A stretch of DNA of 64,000 nt from Candidatus Cloacimonadales bacterium (GTDB lineage Bacteria > Cloacimonadota > Cloacimonadia > Cloacimonadales > JAIOQZ01), in contig OY762463.1 in assembly GCA_963665815.1 (NCBI GenBank), forward strand, positions 2,112,001-2,176,000, read 5' to 3'. Of the stretch, positions 61,511-64,000 are shown one piece after another. A model generated the notes under the pieces. The model saw only the letters and a program-made list of their open reading frames with translations. It was not told the origin of the DNA and ran no database searches. Position 1 is the stretch's first letter. Every line of letters begins with the position of its first letter. A program made the position numbers and the translations under genes.

Positions 61511-62024
61511 CAGATACCTCCCGTCCGATTATTTCGTTAACGGTTTTACCTCTGAGCTTAGCTGCATCCTGTATAGTTCTAAGAGCTTTAAGACCAACAA
61601 CTGTTGCTTTAACAACATTGACAGGTGTGTTGGAACCCATGGATTTAGTCAAGATATTCTCTACCCCGACTGCTTCCATAATCGCACGCATAGGCCCACC
61701 GGCGATAATTCCGGTACCTGGTGCAGCTGGCTTCATAAGCACTTTACTTGCACTGAATTTAGCTTTGATTTCGTGAGGAATGGTTCCTTTAATAATAGGA
61801 ACTCTGAACATATTTTTGGCAGCTCTTTCCTTAGCTTTTCTAATTGCGTCTACAATTTCGTTTGCTTTTCCGTATCCAACTCCAACCATTCCGTTTTTAT
61901 CGCCAACAACAACTGTAGCGTTAAAACTGAAGTTTCTACCACCTTTTACAACTTTAGCAACACGGTTTGTATCAACAATCTTTTCCACTTCGAATTCTTG
62001 CATCTGTCTTCTATTTTGCATCAT
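61500..62024 (-). CDS. rpsE: 30S ribosomal protein S5
   Basis: [18 protein letters not shown]. Confidence 0.97.
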   Translation of the reverse strand: MMQNRRQMQEFEVEKIVDTNRVAKVVKGGRNFSFNATVVVGDKNGMVGVGYGKANEIVDAIRKAKERAAKNMFRVPIIKGTIPHEIKAKFSASKVLMKPAAPGTGIIAGGPMRAIMEAVGVENILTKSMGSNTPVNVVKATVVGLKALRTIQDAAKLRGKTVNEIIGREVSDEA

Positions 62025-62035
62025 AAGAGTCTTCC

Positions 62036-62425
62036 TTATACGAAGTTGCTGATTCCAGCTTCTTCAGCAGCTTTACGAACGCCTTCAGCCAGAGCTTTTA
62101 CTCGCCCGTGAAATCTGAATCCGTTTCTGTCAAAGCATACTTTAGTAATGCCGGCAGCAATCGCTTTCTTACCTAATTCATATCCTACTTTATAACTTTT
62201 TTCAGTTTTCTTTACATTTTCCATTACAGGAAAATCTTTAGCTGCAGTAGACATAGAAACACTTGTCAATCCGCATTCATCATTTATGATCTGAGCATAA
62301 ATATGTTTTGCACTTCTGAAAACAGTCAAACGTGGACGCTGTTCTGAACCGCTTAAATGCTTACGTATTGCTTTTTTACGACGCATTCTCGCTTTGCTTT
62401 TAATGTAAGTTTTACCTTTTTCCAT
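62036..62425 (-). CDS. rplR: 50S ribosomal protein L18
   Basis: [20 protein letters not shown]. Confidence 0.96.
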   Translation of the reverse strand: MEKGKTYIKSKARMRRKKAIRKHLSGSEQRPRLTVFRSAKHIYAQIINDECGLTSVSMSTAAKDFPVMENVKKTEKSYKVGYELGKKAIAAGITKVCFDRNGFRFHGRVKALAEGVRKAAEEAGISNFV

Positions 62426-62437
62426 AATTATTCTCCA

Positions 62438-63007
62438 CTACTTGCCAGATTTACCTATCTTAATCTTAACAAATTCATCCGCGTAACGGATACCTTTACC
62501 TTTATAGTTTTCAGGTTTTCTGCACTTGCGAATTTCTGCGGCGAACTTACCAACATCTTCTTTATTAATACCGTTTACTTTTACGATTGCCTGAAGCGCT
62601 GATTTTGATCCACGCATTCTTGCAACAGGCTCTGCCGAAACAGTAATACCTTCAGGTATTTCAAGAAGTATATCGTGAGAATAACCTATACTTATTTTAA
62701 GCCAAGGTTTCATCACCTCTGCTGAGTATCCGGTACCAATAACATGCAGTTCTTTCTGGTAACCTTCACTAACACCGGTAACCATGTTCTGAATGAGTGC
62801 TCTGGTTAAACCATGGAAAGCTTTCTGAGGTCTACTGTCATCAGATCTTTCAATTTTAATCAGATTCTCTTCCTGAACAACAACGATACCATCTTGCATT
62901 GTATAGTTTAATTCTCCAAGTTTACCTTTAACATGAACATCTCTGTCATTAATCTGTACAGTAACGCCAGCAGGAACCTTTATCGGAGTTCTTCCTATTC
63001 TAGACAC
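62438..63007 (-). CDS. rplF: 50S ribosomal protein L6
   Basis: MSRIG, HGLTRAL, PENYKGKGI. Confidence 0.96.
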   Translation of the reverse strand: MSRIGRTPIKVPAGVTVQINDRDVHVKGKLGELNYTMQDGIVVVQEENLIKIERSDDSRPQKAFHGLTRALIQNMVTGVSEGYQKELHVIGTGYSAEVMKPWLKISIGYSHDILLEIPEGITVSAEPVARMRGSKSALQAIVKVNGINKEDVGKFAAEIRKCRKPENYKGKGIRYADEFVKIKIGKSGK

Positions 63008-63019
63008 TTGTTCCTCCTA

Positions 63020-63433
63020 TTACCATACTTTACAAACGTATTCGCCACCAACTTTATGTTTACGGGCATCTCTGTCAACCATTACACCTTTATTAGTAGA
63101 AATGATTGCAACACCAACGTTATTATATACTGATGGGATATTTGTAGAGTTAACATATACACGACGACCAGGAGTTGAAATTCTTTCAATTCCACGCATT
63201 ACAGGTTCACCTGTATTAGTGTATCTTAAATTAATATATATCTGTTTACGATAGAATTTTTTGTCTGGATCTCTTTCAATGAGATCAAAGCTGTTTATAT
63301 AATTTTCTTTATCAAGCATTGATACAATATTTTCAACAATATTACAATGATTCACGAGGACGCTTCTGTGCTTTGCTCTGTAGGCATTGCGAATTTTTGT
63401 GATAGCATCAGCGATAGGATCAGTTATACTCAT
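63020..63433 (-). CDS. rpsH: 30S ribosomal protein S8
   Basis: DPIAD..IRN, STPGRRVY, GGE. Confidence 0.96.
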   Translation of the reverse strand: MSITDPIADAITKIRNAYRAKHRSVLVNHCNIVENIVSMLDKENYINSFDLIERDPDKKFYRKQIYINLRYTNTGEPVMRGIERISTPGRRVYVNSTNIPSVYNNVGVAIISTNKGVMVDRDARKHKVGGEYVCKVW

Positions 63434-63444
63434 TCTTCCTCCAT

Positions 63445-63630
63445 TTACCAGCTTGCTCTTCGAACGCCAGGGATTTTCCCTTCCGAAGCCAACTTTCTAA
63501 AACACAAGCGACAAATTCCAAAATCTCTCATGTAAGCTCTCTGACGCCCACACAATTTACATCTGGAGTATTCACGAACTTTAAATTTTGGTGTACGCTT
63601 TTGTTTTACAATCCATGATTTCTTAGCCAT
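63445..63630 (-). CDS. rpsN: 30S ribosomal protein S14, Zn-binding type Z
   Basis: RCKLCGR..ICRLCFR..IPGV..ASW. Confidence 0.96.
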   Translation of the reverse strand: MAKKSWIVKQKRTPKFKVREYSRCKLCGRQRAYMRDFGICRLCFRKLASEGKIPGVRRASW

Positions 63631-64000
63631 TATATCTCCGTTGTATTTGTGTTTTTCTTTTTAAACGGCATACCAAGAAGACGCAGAAGTTCTTTACCTT
63701 CTTCATCTGTTTTGGCAGTTGTTACAATATTAATGTTCAATCCGCGAACTTTATCTACTTTATCAAATTCGATTTCAGGGAAAACTGTCTGTTCTTTGAG
63801 TCCCATTGAGTGGTTTCCTCTTCCGTCGAAAGATTCATCTGAAATACCTTTGAAATCGCGAATTCTTGGAATTACTATTGTAATTAATCTATCAAAGAAT
63901 TCATACATAATTTCGTCACGCAGGGTAACTTTACAACCAATTGGCATGCCCTGACGAAGTTTGAAATTAGATATTGATTTTGTGGCTTTTGTGATAATAG
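63630..64000 (-). CDS. rplE: 50S ribosomal protein L5 (5' end outside the window)
   Basis: GCKVTLR, PRIRDF.G, FDGRGN, FPEI. Confidence 0.96.
   Translation of the reverse strand, partial: IITKATKSISNFKLRQGMPIGCKVTLRDEIMYEFFDRLITIVIPRIRDFKGISDESFDGRGNHSMGLKEQTVFPEIEFDKVDKVRGLNINIVTTAKTDEEGKELLRLLGMPFKKKNTNTTEI

Overview
This is a low-GC bacterial chromosomal window. A Cloacimonadota-like (FCB group) anaerobe is inferred from the FlgD-Ig 'NYPNPFNP' secreted protein and the gene content. 1-15.5 kb is an accessory RHS/YD polymorphic-toxin region. It holds a minus-strand operon (fibre-like protein, OmpH/Skp, lipoprotein, 1721-aa TcB/SpvB-like YD protein, DUF6443-type RHS running off the window), a divergent secreted beta-propeller protein, and two upstream orphan RHS-core/toxin cassettes that share a duplicated promoter-RBS block; one cassette is broken by a ~68-nt hairpin insertion. 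15.8-21.4 kb is a NuoE/NuoF/NuoG-GltD three-gene operon resembling the Stn electron-bifurcating transhydrogenase. 21.4-26 kb holds a RAYT-type Y1 transposase, an OLD-like ATPase-TOPRIM gene and a SatD-DUF3307 pair, with the same REP family at each block boundary, giving a cassette-array-like layout. 26-64 kb is housekeeping: mnmA, murA, prmC, a partner-switching pair, fusA, rpsG/L, rpoBC, rplL/J/A/K, nusG, secE, five tRNAs, rpmG, tuf, cysS, rsmD, mgtE and the spc/alpha ribosomal cluster. The best candidates for undescribed systems are the REP-delimited RAYT cassette array and the Sec-exported RHS/fibre/OmpH system with self-promotered tip cassettes. All calls were made by eye; no searches were run.
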